A stretch of 64,000 nt of DNA from Armatimonadota bacterium (GTDB taxonomy: Bacteria; Armatimonadota; HRBIN16). A program made the translations under genes and the position numbers. The notes beneath the pieces were generated by a model that did not search any database, was not told the origin of the DNA, and saw nothing but the letters and a program-made list of their open reading frames with translations. Location: NCBI GenBank assembly GCA_963677485.1, contig OY781964.1, forward strand, positions 3,264,001 through 3,328,000, read 5' to 3'. Shown here in pieces: positions 50,615-60,700 of the stretch. Numbering within the stretch: the first letter of the stretch is position 1; each line of letters starts with the position of its first letter.

Positions 50615-50919
50615 TGTACAGATACCGACGCCCGACGCCTGGCGAAATGTTGGTGCAAGCGGCGATCATAGGTTTGTTTTTACTATTCATGGCAGGGCCG
50701 TATGCGATAGCTCTACTGGACTTCGTGTTCAGCACGTATTTGGTTCCTGAGATGCCTCAGATTATGTGGGGCTTTTGGGGTGTTGTGATCGGAGCAACCA
50801 TAGGTCTGCAGATCGTGGCACCACGGATGGGGCTCGAGAGAGCGGCTCAGATATCGCGATGGTCAGTACCGGCAGTGATGCTGGTTCTTGCCCTAATCGG
50901 ACAGTTAATCAAAAGGTAG
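50614..50919 (+). CDS. small membrane protein homologous to the terminal TM module of kinases 1 and 2
   Basis: GPYAIALLD...PQIMWGFWG vs kinase 2 GPVSISVLD...PQIMWTFWG; TAGTG overlap with a GGAGG RBS. Confidence 0.75.
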   Translation: MYRYRRPTPGEMLVQAAIIGLFLLFMAGPYAIALLDFVFSTYLVPEMPQIMWGFWGVVIGATIGLQIVAPRMGLERAAQISRWSVPAVMLVLALIGQLIKR

Positions 50920-50929
50920 GAGAAATCAA

Positions 50930-52249
50930 ATGAGTGGAGCAGTCGATATGGTACTGCTGGTAGGTGCCTTGCTTGAAGGGGTCAGCCTGGCAGTCAATAC
51001 TATGCAAGACGCGTACAAAACGGCCCAGCGGCAGATGGAAACCGCGCAAGAGACAGTGAAGTTTCAGCGCGATATGGAGCTGCAGCAGGCGTGTGAGGAT
51101 CAGATCAAAAGTGGGCAGGTTGTGGCCGCCTCAGCGCAGATGCTGACGGACGAACCTGGCACGCTGTTCCTTTTCCAGGCACTGGGTGAGCTGAAACAGC
51201 AGCTTGGGCAGAGCCAGGGGGCTCGCACTGAGTCTCTTCGTGCAGCGATCGATGAGCGAATTCGCCAGGTGGCCAATCATCCCGACCAGATGGTGGCGCA
51301 CACCAATGCGATATTTGAGTTCCACCAGCAGATCGCGGAGCTCAGCCAGCAGCAGCAATCCGAAACGGTCAGCGCATTGGCACACACCGCCATCCCGTTT
51401 GCTCAGCAGGTGCAATATCTGCGTTCGATGCTGGACACCGCGCTGATCAGGCAGTTTCGGCCTAAAGAGCTGGAAGAGATGAAGCTGCAGATCGCCCGTC
51501 TGGAGATCGTGGCGGAGCAAAGCCCCGAGATCGCAGCTCAGGGTTATGAGACGCTGACGGCTCAGTTGCGGCGGTTAATGTTGGATGCCGCTGAGCATGA
51601 GCAGCATCGGCGTGCCGGTATCGCCCGAATCCAGCAACTGCTGGCAGTGGCCCGACCGGCTTTAGCAGCGGTGATGACCGCCCAGGAACTGGTGCCTCAT
51701 CTCTCCACCCGCAGCACGGCGTTGAAGCAAGCGATCAAGAAATTCGTCACCAACTGGAACGGCGGCTCGCTTGAGGAGTTAGAGGCACTGTCGCAAAACA
51801 GCGAGCTGTTATACCATCAGGCTCAGCAGTATATCCAGAAGCAGGCGGCTGCCGAACTGGTGTATAACAATGTCACCGCCTCCTTCCAGGAGCTGGGCTA
51901 TGAGGTCATGACGCTCAACCGGTATCAAGGCCGATGGCGCGGGCGGGTGGCCTTGACGGACACCGCCGGCATCGAGTTTATCTCAGACCCCGAGGGCGGG
52001 GTGTTGTCAGACACGGTCACCACAGATATCAACAACGTGGCTTTCAATCCAGAGCTGGAGCAGAAGGTCTGTACGACCGTTGATGAGGTACTGGAAAAGG
52101 CCAGGGCGAAACTGGCAGGCACCGGAGTTGAGCTGCGCGAGCGCAGCCGTGTGCATGGACGCGTACCGAGGCTGGTGCGCAGCCTGCAGAGAGATACCGA
52201 GGAACAAACCACCACTGCCGAGGCCCCAAAGACGCTGGAACAGCAGTAG
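50930..52249 (+). CDS. hypothetical coiled-coil protein
   Basis: Hydrophobic N-terminus, Q/E/A/L-rich helical body, C-terminal SFQELGYEV alpha/beta region; AGGAG RBS. Confidence 0.8.
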   Translation: MSGAVDMVLLVGALLEGVSLAVNTMQDAYKTAQRQMETAQETVKFQRDMELQQACEDQIKSGQVVAASAQMLTDEPGTLFLFQALGELKQQLGQSQGARTESLRAAIDERIRQVANHPDQMVAHTNAIFEFHQQIAELSQQQQSETVSALAHTAIPFAQQVQYLRSMLDTALIRQFRPKELEEMKLQIARLEIVAEQSPEIAAQGYETLTAQLRRLMLDAAEHEQHRRAGIARIQQLLAVARPALAAVMTAQELVPHLSTRSTALKQAIKKFVTNWNGGSLEELEALSQNSELLYHQAQQYIQKQAAAELVYNNVTASFQELGYEVMTLNRYQGRWRGRVALTDTAGIEFISDPEGGVLSDTVTTDINNVAFNPELEQKVCTTVDEVLEKARAKLAGTGVELRERSRVHGRVPRLVRSLQRDTEEQTTTAEAPKTLEQQ

Positions 52250-52384
52250 AAACTAATACCGCATCTACCTGGTCTCACGCGAAGACGCGAAGGTAACAGC
52301 CAGTTCAGGCGTCCGCTTTAGCTGGTTGATGGAACCCGTCGCCGATGCCTAGGTAGAACCTAACAGCCAAATAAGGAGCTTCGC

Positions 52385-54331
52385 ATGGAGTTAGCCTCGC
52401 AGCCCAGATGGATACAGGAGCTGCTGCGCGTCAGCAGCTACAAGACGCTTATCATCCTGCATGGTGCGATCCGTGACACGGTACTGTATCCCGTCCAGAG
52501 CCTGGAGGGCACTCAGCAGTATACATTTGGGCCGCTTCGCAGTGCGCTGTTTGAGCTGTTGGGCCGTAATCCGCTGTTTGGAGAGTATCCGCTGGTCGGC
52601 GCGTACAGCGGGTTAGATGGTTTGCTGTTTGCACCCGGCAGCGGTACCGGGCAGACACCGGAGCAGCTTTTCGCCGATGCGGTCAAACAGGCAGAGCAGG
52701 CTCAGAAGACGAACAACAGCCCGATCAAACCGCAGCAGACACAAGCCGCGTCCGATGCCGCCATCCAGCAGCTCCGCATGTGCACCCGCAACACCATCAC
52801 CCCCTGTGCATTTATCGTGGAGAACGCCACCCAGATGGTGGGAACGCCCAACCATCTGCCGATGGATGAGCGAAACCCCTTCCTCAGGATGCTGATCGGC
52901 AGCACCGAAAGCCGTCCGGTGGGTGTTGACCGCGACGGAAAGCGGCGGATCATGCAGAATTTGCTGATCATCTGCGCCAGCAGGCCGACGGACCTGCCTC
53001 CCTGGGTCTACCTCGATAACCCCTTCGCGGCCACCGTGGAAGTGGAACGCCCGAACTCGTTGGAACGCAGATACTTCTTTAGCAGCTACCTGAGCCCTGT
53101 GCCGACGGAGCAGCACCTCGACCAGTTGGTGGACCTGACGGACGAGATGAGCTTCCGCGACCTGTTCGGCATTCAAAAGATCGCAACCGGTATGAATGAG
53201 GAATCCGCCAACCCCAAGGCGTTGGTGGACCGCTTCAAATATGGCGAACGGCAGAGCGAATGGGACAGCCTGGAGCCTGCCAGACTGCTGGATGCGGAAA
53301 AGACGCTCAGCCAGCGTGTGCTGGGGCAGCCTGCGGCTGTCGCGGCGGTCGCCGATGTGCTGCGGCGTGCCCGGCTGGGCCTCTCAGGCGTGCAGCACAG
53401 CAGCCAGACCAAACCCAGAGGAGTCTTGTTCTTCGCGGGACCAACCGGCGTGGGTAAAACCGAGCTGGCGAAAGCGGTGGCCGAGTTGGTATTCAGCTCT
53501 GAAGAGGCTTGCATCCGGTTTGATATGAGCGAATACAGTGCCAGCCATAGTGATCAGCGCCTGCTGGGAGCTCCCCCCGGTTACGTCGGTTATGAAGAGG
53601 GTGGACAGCTCACGAACCAGATCAGGGCGAACCCCTTCAGTGTGATTCTGTTTGACGAAATTGAGAAGGCGCACCCGAATATCCTGGATAAGTTTTTGCA
53701 GATTCTGGAAGATGGGCGCATGACCGACGGCAGAGGCCAGACGGTCTATTTCAGCGAGAGCATCATCATCTTCACCAGTAATGCCGGCATCTATAAGGTC
53801 AACTCGCAGACAGGCCGGCCTGAGCAGGACCCTGTGACGGGTCTACCGTTACTAAATATCGACCCCGACACCAATCCAAAATACGAGCAGGTTCGTGACC
53901 AGGTGATTAAGGGTGTGAGTGACTATTTCAAGCACTACCTGGGACGCCCTGAGCTGCTGAACCGCATCGGCCAAAATGTAGTTGTGTTCGACTTCATCCG
54001 CCCAGATGCGATGCGAAGCATTTTGGAGAACAAGGTGCTGAAGGGTGTCAGCAAGCAGCTCAATCAGCGTTGGGGCATTAAGCTGGAGCTAAGCCCCGAG
54101 GCTCTGGAGCAGCTTTCGGTATGGGTGCTGGCCGATCCTGGCTCCGGTGGGCGCGGCATCGGTAACCTGGTAGAGGTGGCTCTGGTGAACCCCCTTAGCC
54201 GGTTGCTGTTCGCCAAACTGGCCGAAGACCCGCAAGGCTTTCAGAATCGCACACTACGTGTGATCAGCTTCACGGCACCGGAATCCAACGCAGAACACCG
54301 CTACGAGCTGTCTGTCGGGTGGACTGAATGA
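52385..54331 (+). CDS. AAA+ ATPase with a degenerate N-terminal AAA domain and a ClpA/B D2-like C-terminal domain
   Basis: IILHGAIRD (no Walker A Lys); RVLGQ, FAGPTGVGKTELAK, RFDMSEY, GAPPGYVGY, ILFDEIEKAH, IFTSN, RPELLNRI; no Clp N-domain. Confidence 0.9.
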   Translation: MELASQPRWIQELLRVSSYKTLIILHGAIRDTVLYPVQSLEGTQQYTFGPLRSALFELLGRNPLFGEYPLVGAYSGLDGLLFAPGSGTGQTPEQLFADAVKQAEQAQKTNNSPIKPQQTQAASDAAIQQLRMCTRNTITPCAFIVENATQMVGTPNHLPMDERNPFLRMLIGSTESRPVGVDRDGKRRIMQNLLIICASRPTDLPPWVYLDNPFAATVEVERPNSLERRYFFSSYLSPVPTEQHLDQLVDLTDEMSFRDLFGIQKIATGMNEESANPKALVDRFKYGERQSEWDSLEPARLLDAEKTLSQRVLGQPAAVAAVADVLRRARLGLSGVQHSSQTKPRGVLFFAGPTGVGKTELAKAVAELVFSSEEACIRFDMSEYSASHSDQRLLGAPPGYVGYEEGGQLTNQIRANPFSVILFDEIEKAHPNILDKFLQILEDGRMTDGRGQTVYFSESIIIFTSNAGIYKVNSQTGRPEQDPVTGLPLLNIDPDTNPKYEQVRDQVIKGVSDYFKHYLGRPELLNRIGQNVVVFDFIRPDAMRSILENKVLKGVSKQLNQRWGIKLELSPEALEQLSVWVLADPGSGGRGIGNLVEVALVNPLSRLLFAKLAEDPQGFQNRTLRVISFTAPESNAEHRYELSVGWTE

Positions 54332-54969
54332 GGCGGACCCATATAGATATCGACGGCGCGGCAGCCCACGTTCAGGGGCTTGGGCCAGGTGAACGGCTGG
54401 TGATCTGGCTGCGCGGCTGCTCACGGCGGTGCGAGGGTTGTATCGCGCCGGAGCTGTGGGATTCGGGTGAACCGACCCCGATTGCGGAAGTGGCTGCCTA
54501 TTTGTTGTCGGAGCTTCAAGGATGCGGCAAGCTGACCGTGTCTGGTGGCGAGCCGATGGATCAGCCGGAAGCTTTGCTGGAGCTCATCAGGCAGTTGCGC
54601 ACAGCCATGCCGGAGCTGGAGGTGCTGGTGTATACCGGATATGTTTATGAGGAGCTGCAGACGAAGTCAACGGCCCACACACAGCTTTTGGGTCAGATCG
54701 ATATGTTAGTGGATGGTGCATTTGAGGTCGACACGCCCAACACGCTGCAGTGGCGCGGTTCCGACAACCAGCGGGTTCTGCTTCTCTCCGAGCGGGCGCA
54801 GATATACCGCGACCAAACCGAGCTGCCCTGGCCGGAGCAAAGGCCCATCCAAGTGCAGATGTGCAGTGCCACGGAGTATCGGGTGATCGGCATTCCGAAG
54901 CGCGGCGGGATCGAACAGTATAGAGAGTTGATGCGTCAACGAGGAATAGAAGTGGGGCCATCCATATGA
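54328..54969 (+). CDS. NrdG-like radical SAM (activase-family) 4Fe-4S protein
   Basis: LGPGER.VIWLRGCSRRCEGC (CxxxCxxC), TVSGGEP, YTGY, DMLVDG, WRGSDNQR. Confidence 0.9.
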   Translation: MRRTHIDIDGAAAHVQGLGPGERLVIWLRGCSRRCEGCIAPELWDSGEPTPIAEVAAYLLSELQGCGKLTVSGGEPMDQPEALLELIRQLRTAMPELEVLVYTGYVYEELQTKSTAHTQLLGQIDMLVDGAFEVDTPNTLQWRGSDNQRVLLLSERAQIYRDQTELPWPEQRPIQVQMCSATEYRVIGIPKRGGIEQYRELMRQRGIEVGPSI

Positions 54970-55478
54970 CTGCAGTGAGAATATGTCCAGATTGTGGGCA
55001 ACAGAACGCGGCGCATCTGGTTTTTTGTACGAAGTGCCAGATGGATATCAGCACGGTGCCGCCGGAGGTTCCCGAGGTGACAGAGCAGACCATCACGACA
55101 CCTGCACCGCCGCAGAAGACATCTGATGCCACGTCAGTGGTCAAACCATGCGGTCAGAAGAGCGATGGAGCGGTGTGCAGCCTGGAGCTGGTTTCTGACT
55201 CCAATGTGGTGTTCAACGTGCAGGATGGCCAGGTGGTGGGCCGCGGTGATAAGGCGGATGTGCGTATTACCGGGGTACCGGATATCGATGCGATTTCACG
55301 GCTTCATGCGAAGTTCTTTTGTAAGAACGGTCAGTGGTACGTGCAGCATATGGGAAGCACGAATTTTATCAAAGTGGACGGCCAAACCTATACCGATCAC
55401 GACTCAGAAGTGGCCGTGTATGAGGGTAGTATTGTGGTGTTGAGCCTGACCCCTTTCACCTTCCGCGTGGTAGATTAA
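54966..55478 (+). CDS. zinc-ribbon + FHA domain protein
   Basis: CPDCG...FCTKC; VVGR, ISRLHA and GSTN FHA motifs. Confidence 0.88.
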   Translation: MTAVRICPDCGQQNAAHLVFCTKCQMDISTVPPEVPEVTEQTITTPAPPQKTSDATSVVKPCGQKSDGAVCSLELVSDSNVVFNVQDGQVVGRGDKADVRITGVPDIDAISRLHAKFFCKNGQWYVQHMGSTNFIKVDGQTYTDHDSEVAVYEGSIVVLSLTPFTFRVVD

Positions 55479-55623
55479 CGTTGTTCTGCATCTCCAGTTA
55501 TCATTTGTAGCTTAGCGCGACATAATCCAGTATATTACTAGCATCAGTAGCCAACGCATATGCTATAATATGCCATATCGGTGCCTTACCACCACCATCC
55601 TCATCACGTATCGAGGTGACACC

Positions 55624-56643
55624 ATGGAGATTTCCGAGTTCAAACTGCCCGGGGCCTCTATCAACTGCGCGAAGGGATTTGCCATGCTGTTTGTGGTGAT
55701 GCAGCATGTGGGGAACCGCGCCGATTTCCCTGCATTTTACGAAGCTTTCATCAAGTTTACTGACTTCTTCAACATGCCTGCTTTTGCATTTATATCCGGT
55801 TATCTTGCCTATTACAGCTACCAGAAACATGCGGTCTCTTCTGGGTGGGATGGGGTCTGGCATCTGATCGGCCGCAGGGCAAAGCAGTTGCTGGTGCCGT
55901 ATATCTGTGCAGAGGCCATCTATATGGTGATCCAAGCTGTGCGGAATGCCATCACCCACCAGCCGCTGATGCATCCTGAGACATTGACGAACCTGCTGTT
56001 ATATCCCATCCAGACGCCGAACCCGCCCTTATGGTACTTATATGTATTGTTCCTGGTGAGTGGTATTTTTTTGATCATGCGGAAGATCGTGGGTGAAGGC
56101 GGGCTGTTGCTGGCATTATGCCTGGCGGCGTTCTTTCTACCGGGTGATAATCTGTTGTATACCCGCAAGATCGTGTTCCTGCTGCCGTTTGTAGCCTTGG
56201 GCTGGTACACCTGGAAGCTGAAGCGGGTGATGCCATTTGACAAGAGGCTGGCATGGCTTTGGATACCCGCTATATTGCTCACGATCACACTGCTTCACTA
56301 CCCGGTAGTTCAGGAGAGTGAGCTGTGGCTGAGACCGCTGCGGTACGTGATCGCGATTCTGGGTGTTCTGGCGATGTGTGGCACCGGGCAGGCGATTCAA
56401 GAGAGCAGCCGATTGCGCAAAACCGTGATCTGGATGGGTGAGGTGAGCCTGCCTGTCTATCTGCTGCATGATGGGTTTGTGGACCTGGTAGGTCGGTTTG
56501 CCCAGCGTCACGTGCATGGATGGCAGTTCCTGCCGGCTGCTTTGGTGATATGCGCACTGGCCATTGGGTTGATCGGTGCCGCTCACATCTGGCTACAACC
56601 CCGCAGCCGGTGGTATCGCACCCTTCTGCTGGGCTCGCGATAG
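55624..56643 (+). CDS. acyltransferase-3 family membrane protein
   Basis: AKGFAMLFVVMQH, FNMPAFAFISGY, LLVPY, LWYL, SLPVYLLH. Confidence 0.88.
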   Translation: MEISEFKLPGASINCAKGFAMLFVVMQHVGNRADFPAFYEAFIKFTDFFNMPAFAFISGYLAYYSYQKHAVSSGWDGVWHLIGRRAKQLLVPYICAEAIYMVIQAVRNAITHQPLMHPETLTNLLLYPIQTPNPPLWYLYVLFLVSGIFLIMRKIVGEGGLLLALCLAAFFLPGDNLLYTRKIVFLLPFVALGWYTWKLKRVMPFDKRLAWLWIPAILLTITLLHYPVVQESELWLRPLRYVIAILGVLAMCGTGQAIQESSRLRKTVIWMGEVSLPVYLLHDGFVDLVGRFAQRHVHGWQFLPAALVICALAIGLIGAAHIWLQPRSRWYRTLLLGSR

Positions 56644-56732
56644 GGTCAGCCAGCGTAGAAATCTTTAGATACGGGTAATCACCCGTTGTGTGCTTACCGA
56701 TTGTCTCTGCCATCGCCAGGAGGTAGGATATC

Positions 56733-57662
56733 ATGAATCTGACCGTGGTGACTGCAAGCGATCATAACTTCATCTGGGGCGTATATCTTGCCTGTGCCTC
56801 GGTTCGTCATAGCGGCATTGATGCCCGGATGATCGTGGCCGGTCCGGACTACACCACGGCTGACATCGCCTTGCTGGAGCAGTTTGACCGAGTCAAGGTG
56901 ATCCGCATGGACCCCAAACACCCTCGGAGCGTCGCTACCCGTAAACCTGAAGCGTTGCTGGCTGCCGATACCGAGTACGTGATGTGGATGGATGCAGACT
57001 GTATCACCATAGGCGATGTGAGCCGGTACCTGAATACCCCGGAGGACAGCATTCAGATTCGCTTTCGCGACAGAACTGAGAACGCGGCTGTCTATCGAAA
57101 CTACTATGCAAAGGACGAAACACGCGGCCCAGTGGCACAGAGCGTGCTTGATATCTGGCGACATGATGTTGGCGAGCTAACCAGCCCCCGCGTCAACACA
57201 CAAGTCTTGAGCAACTGCTTTATCTACCACAAAAAGCACGAATGGTTCATCCGCAGGTGGTCAGAGCAGATGGATAAAGTGCTCACCTCAGACCGCAGGA
57301 TGGTGGTCGACTACCGGAACAAGGGCTATTTCATGACTGACGAGTCGGTGTTGAGCTCTTTGTTTAGTTTCTGCAAGGACGCACCAAAAACAATGAAATA
57401 TCAGCTTGACATCAACCCTTATGCGTTCATGGGGCACTACAGACTTTCACCGAAACCTTGGGTCGCCTGGCTGCCCAATAGCTTGAAATACTTCGACCAT
57501 ATCATTCAACTGGTAGAATGGGTGCAGGGTGTTGGACTGAAGAGCCCGGCGGTACCCTGGCAGTTTGAACGCAAGAACCGCCCTAAGGCGATGGTGATGG
57601 CATATCTGCAGTCTGCCCGGTTGCATATACAGAACCGGTTGAGCACGAATACAGGCCGATAA
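56733..57662 (+). CDS. putative GT-A fold glycosyltransferase (GT8-like)
   Basis: VVTASDHNF, RKP, WMDAD (DxD), TDES, HY..SPKPW. Confidence 0.6.
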   Translation: MNLTVVTASDHNFIWGVYLACASVRHSGIDARMIVAGPDYTTADIALLEQFDRVKVIRMDPKHPRSVATRKPEALLAADTEYVMWMDADCITIGDVSRYLNTPEDSIQIRFRDRTENAAVYRNYYAKDETRGPVAQSVLDIWRHDVGELTSPRVNTQVLSNCFIYHKKHEWFIRRWSEQMDKVLTSDRRMVVDYRNKGYFMTDESVLSSLFSFCKDAPKTMKYQLDINPYAFMGHYRLSPKPWVAWLPNSLKYFDHIIQLVEWVQGVGLKSPAVPWQFERKNRPKAMVMAYLQSARLHIQNRLSTNTGR

Positions 57663-57760
57663 TTCCGAAATAGAGATGGATTAGTTCCGTTCTTCCTATG
57701 GAGTCGATGAGTGATATTCCGTAAAATCCATGTGTGCTTAATCTATTCCGGAGAGGTACG

Positions 57761-60700
57761 ATGCAAAATACCCGCTGTAGAAATCGCTTGATGTACACTC
57801 TATATGGAGCTTTGTGTTTCGTGTTCGTCATGGCTCTGACCTCAGTATCCACTTCGATGTATGCCCAAGATATGGAGAATTCCCGATTGACACAGTTACC
57901 CCCTGATATGAACCTGATCGCTTTCGATGACTGCGGTGTTTCCGGCAGGCAGCCCCATGTGACCCCCATGAACAGCTGGCGCATGACCGCCCCCGAGGGT
58001 GAGTGGCAGCAGGCGGCCTCTACCTGCACCTTTAACCCGCCGACCATCACTGTGAGTTATACGATATTACCCGCAGAAGCCCGGTATGTGATGGCGATGC
58101 TGTTTATGACTGAAAGCACAAATGAGCGTGCAGTGAGTGTCACCAGTGGGGCACATGAGCTGATCGGGCGGTATCAGATCAAAACCACACCCGAGTGGGT
58201 CTATATGGATATCCCAGCGGAGCTGGTGGTCAACGGCCAATTCAATGCCCAAGTGAACAGTTTGGCAGGGCCGAATGCGGTGCTCTCTGCGGTCGCGCTT
58301 TACAGCAACCAGGCTGCGGTGAAGGAATACCATCTTGAGGTATCGTCTACTACGGTAGGCGGGGTGCATTGTCAGTTGAGCGATGATCTTTGGAAGGGTG
58401 TGGTAGGAGCGACGGTGGAAGTATCAAGCGATGGTCAGCCTAAGCTGGGCTCTGCGGTGACCGATGCCAACGGACGATTCGCCTTCGACCGAGTGAGCCC
58501 GGATGCTTCAGACAAGTCCACATACCGCGTGACCGCACTTGTAGGTGATGAACGGCTGGAGCAGCAGATTAAGGCCTCCAGCATGTGGTATCACGCGCCT
58601 GTACTGCAGCCGATTGCTGACGAATCTCGACGCTACAAGCTGGATGGCAACTGGGATTTAGTGTTCGAAAACGGTGAGCACACACGGTTCCGCACTCCGG
58701 GGCAGTTCTTGCAGCAGGGCCTCAAGCCGGACGCCAAAGAGGGATACACCATCACGCGGCCGGTCTGCATACCACGCGACTGGCGACTGGGCCGAATCAT
58801 CTGGCGGCTGGAAGCGGTGCATGGATCCGTGGACTACTTTGTGAATGACACCAAAGTGGCGCACAGCGAGAACCTGTTCACTCCCGTAGAGATAGATATC
58901 ACCGACACCATCCGGCCGGGCCGCAACGATGTCCTCAAGATGCGCATCTACCCCAGCAGCGTCTCAGAGGCACTCAGCCACAGCAGCACCTACGCGCACC
59001 ATGATCTGGTAGGCGTGGACCGCAGTATGAGCCTCTACACGCTGCCGATGCAGCATCTGACCAAACTGCAGGTGACCGGCGGCACCGCGAACGGCTATAA
59101 AGACGGTCAGCTCAGCTTGCACGCGGAGTTGTCGGAGCCGGTCAGCAGTGAGATGATCCATGTGCGCTTGATGCGCAACGGCAAGATATTGATGGAAAAG
59201 AAGGCGCTGATCGAAAAAGGCCAGAGCCGGCTGGATTGGAGCTGTGACGTGCCCAAGGCCGCGCTTTGGAGTGCCGAAAAGCCCAACCTGTATGATCTGG
59301 AGCTGGAGCTGCGCACGAAGAAGCACATCATCCAGACTTTCAAGCAAAAGCTGGGCTTCCGCAGCATTGAGGTCAAGGGAACCCAGTTGCTGGTGAACGG
59401 CGTCTCGGTGAAACTCGCTGGCGCCTGCCATCATGAGACCGACCTGCTGACGGGCCGTGCCGACACCTTCAAATGGGCGGAGACCGACGCGAAGCTGTTC
59501 AAGGATGCCAATGTGAACTTCGTCCGAACCTCGCACTACCCGCCGACCAGGGATTTCCTCGATGCCTGCGATCGTGTGGGCTTGTATGTGGAAGTGGAGG
59601 CACCTTTCTGCTGGACACGCACTCAGGCTGGCAAAGAGGATGATGCGGCGTTCCGGAACACATTCCTAGACCCCACGGCGCTCATGATGGCCGAACACGG
59701 TAACCACGCTAGTGTGATCATCTGGAGCCTCGCGAATGAGTCTGGCAGTGTGTCGGGTGGTGCGGACCAACTGGGGCAAAACTATGTGGAAAGCCACCGG
59801 TATCTGCGGGCCAACGACCCAAGCCGACCGACCCTGTTCAACAATGAGTGGGCCCTTGACGGCGGGATACCGGAAATTGCGGTGGTTCATTACCCCGCTT
59901 CGCCGCTGGAGACGAACCCCGACATTGCCAAACCGACTAGACCGGTGATGGTGGACGAATACTGGCATCTGCCCTGCTACGAAAAGGGTGATTTGGCCCT
60001 GGATCCTGGTCTGCGTGACCAGTGGGCCAGCGGGCAGGACGGCCCAGACGGGCTGTGGAGTCAGATACGGGCCAGCTCCAAGATGATCGGCGGTGCGATC
60101 TGGGCGGGCATAGACGATATATTCCAGATGCCCGATGGCACCATCACCGGTTACGGGGAGTGGGGCATCATCGACAGCCTGCGCCGCAAAAAGCCAGAGT
60201 ATTGGGGGCTTCAAAGGGTATACAGCCCGGTGGTGTTCCCGGTGAAGCAGGTTGAGTTTACCGAAGGTTTACAGAGCCTGCAGATACCCGTAGAGAACCA
60301 CTACAGCTTCACCGACTTGAGCGAGTTGCGCTTTGCGGTGCTCTGCGGGAGCTGGCGCAAGGGGTTTACTGTGTCGATGGCACCTGGTGGTAAGGGCACG
60401 ATCTCGCTGCCCATGCCGGAGAGCTACAAGGATGGCGATCTGCTGACCGTACGCGTCAGCACGGCCGATGGCCGTCTGGTGACGCACCATGGCATCCGCA
60501 TAGGCACGGTACCGCTGCCGAGGCTGCTGGCGCCTTCATCCGGTGCGCCGGAGTGGAAGCTCGAAGCCCACGATGCGCTGATCGAGGGTGATGGCTGGCA
60601 GTTTCGCCTGAACACCCAGACCGGAGCTTTTAGCGGAGCTGGCCTCAACGCGTTGCCTGGCATCCACATGACCCAGCGTGATGAACAGGCCCCATGGAGC

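Noticed and set aside
52385-54969. Calling these genes clpB and nrdG
   Set aside because: No Clp N-domain, active D1 or M-domain, and no nrdD nearby; gene symbols withheld
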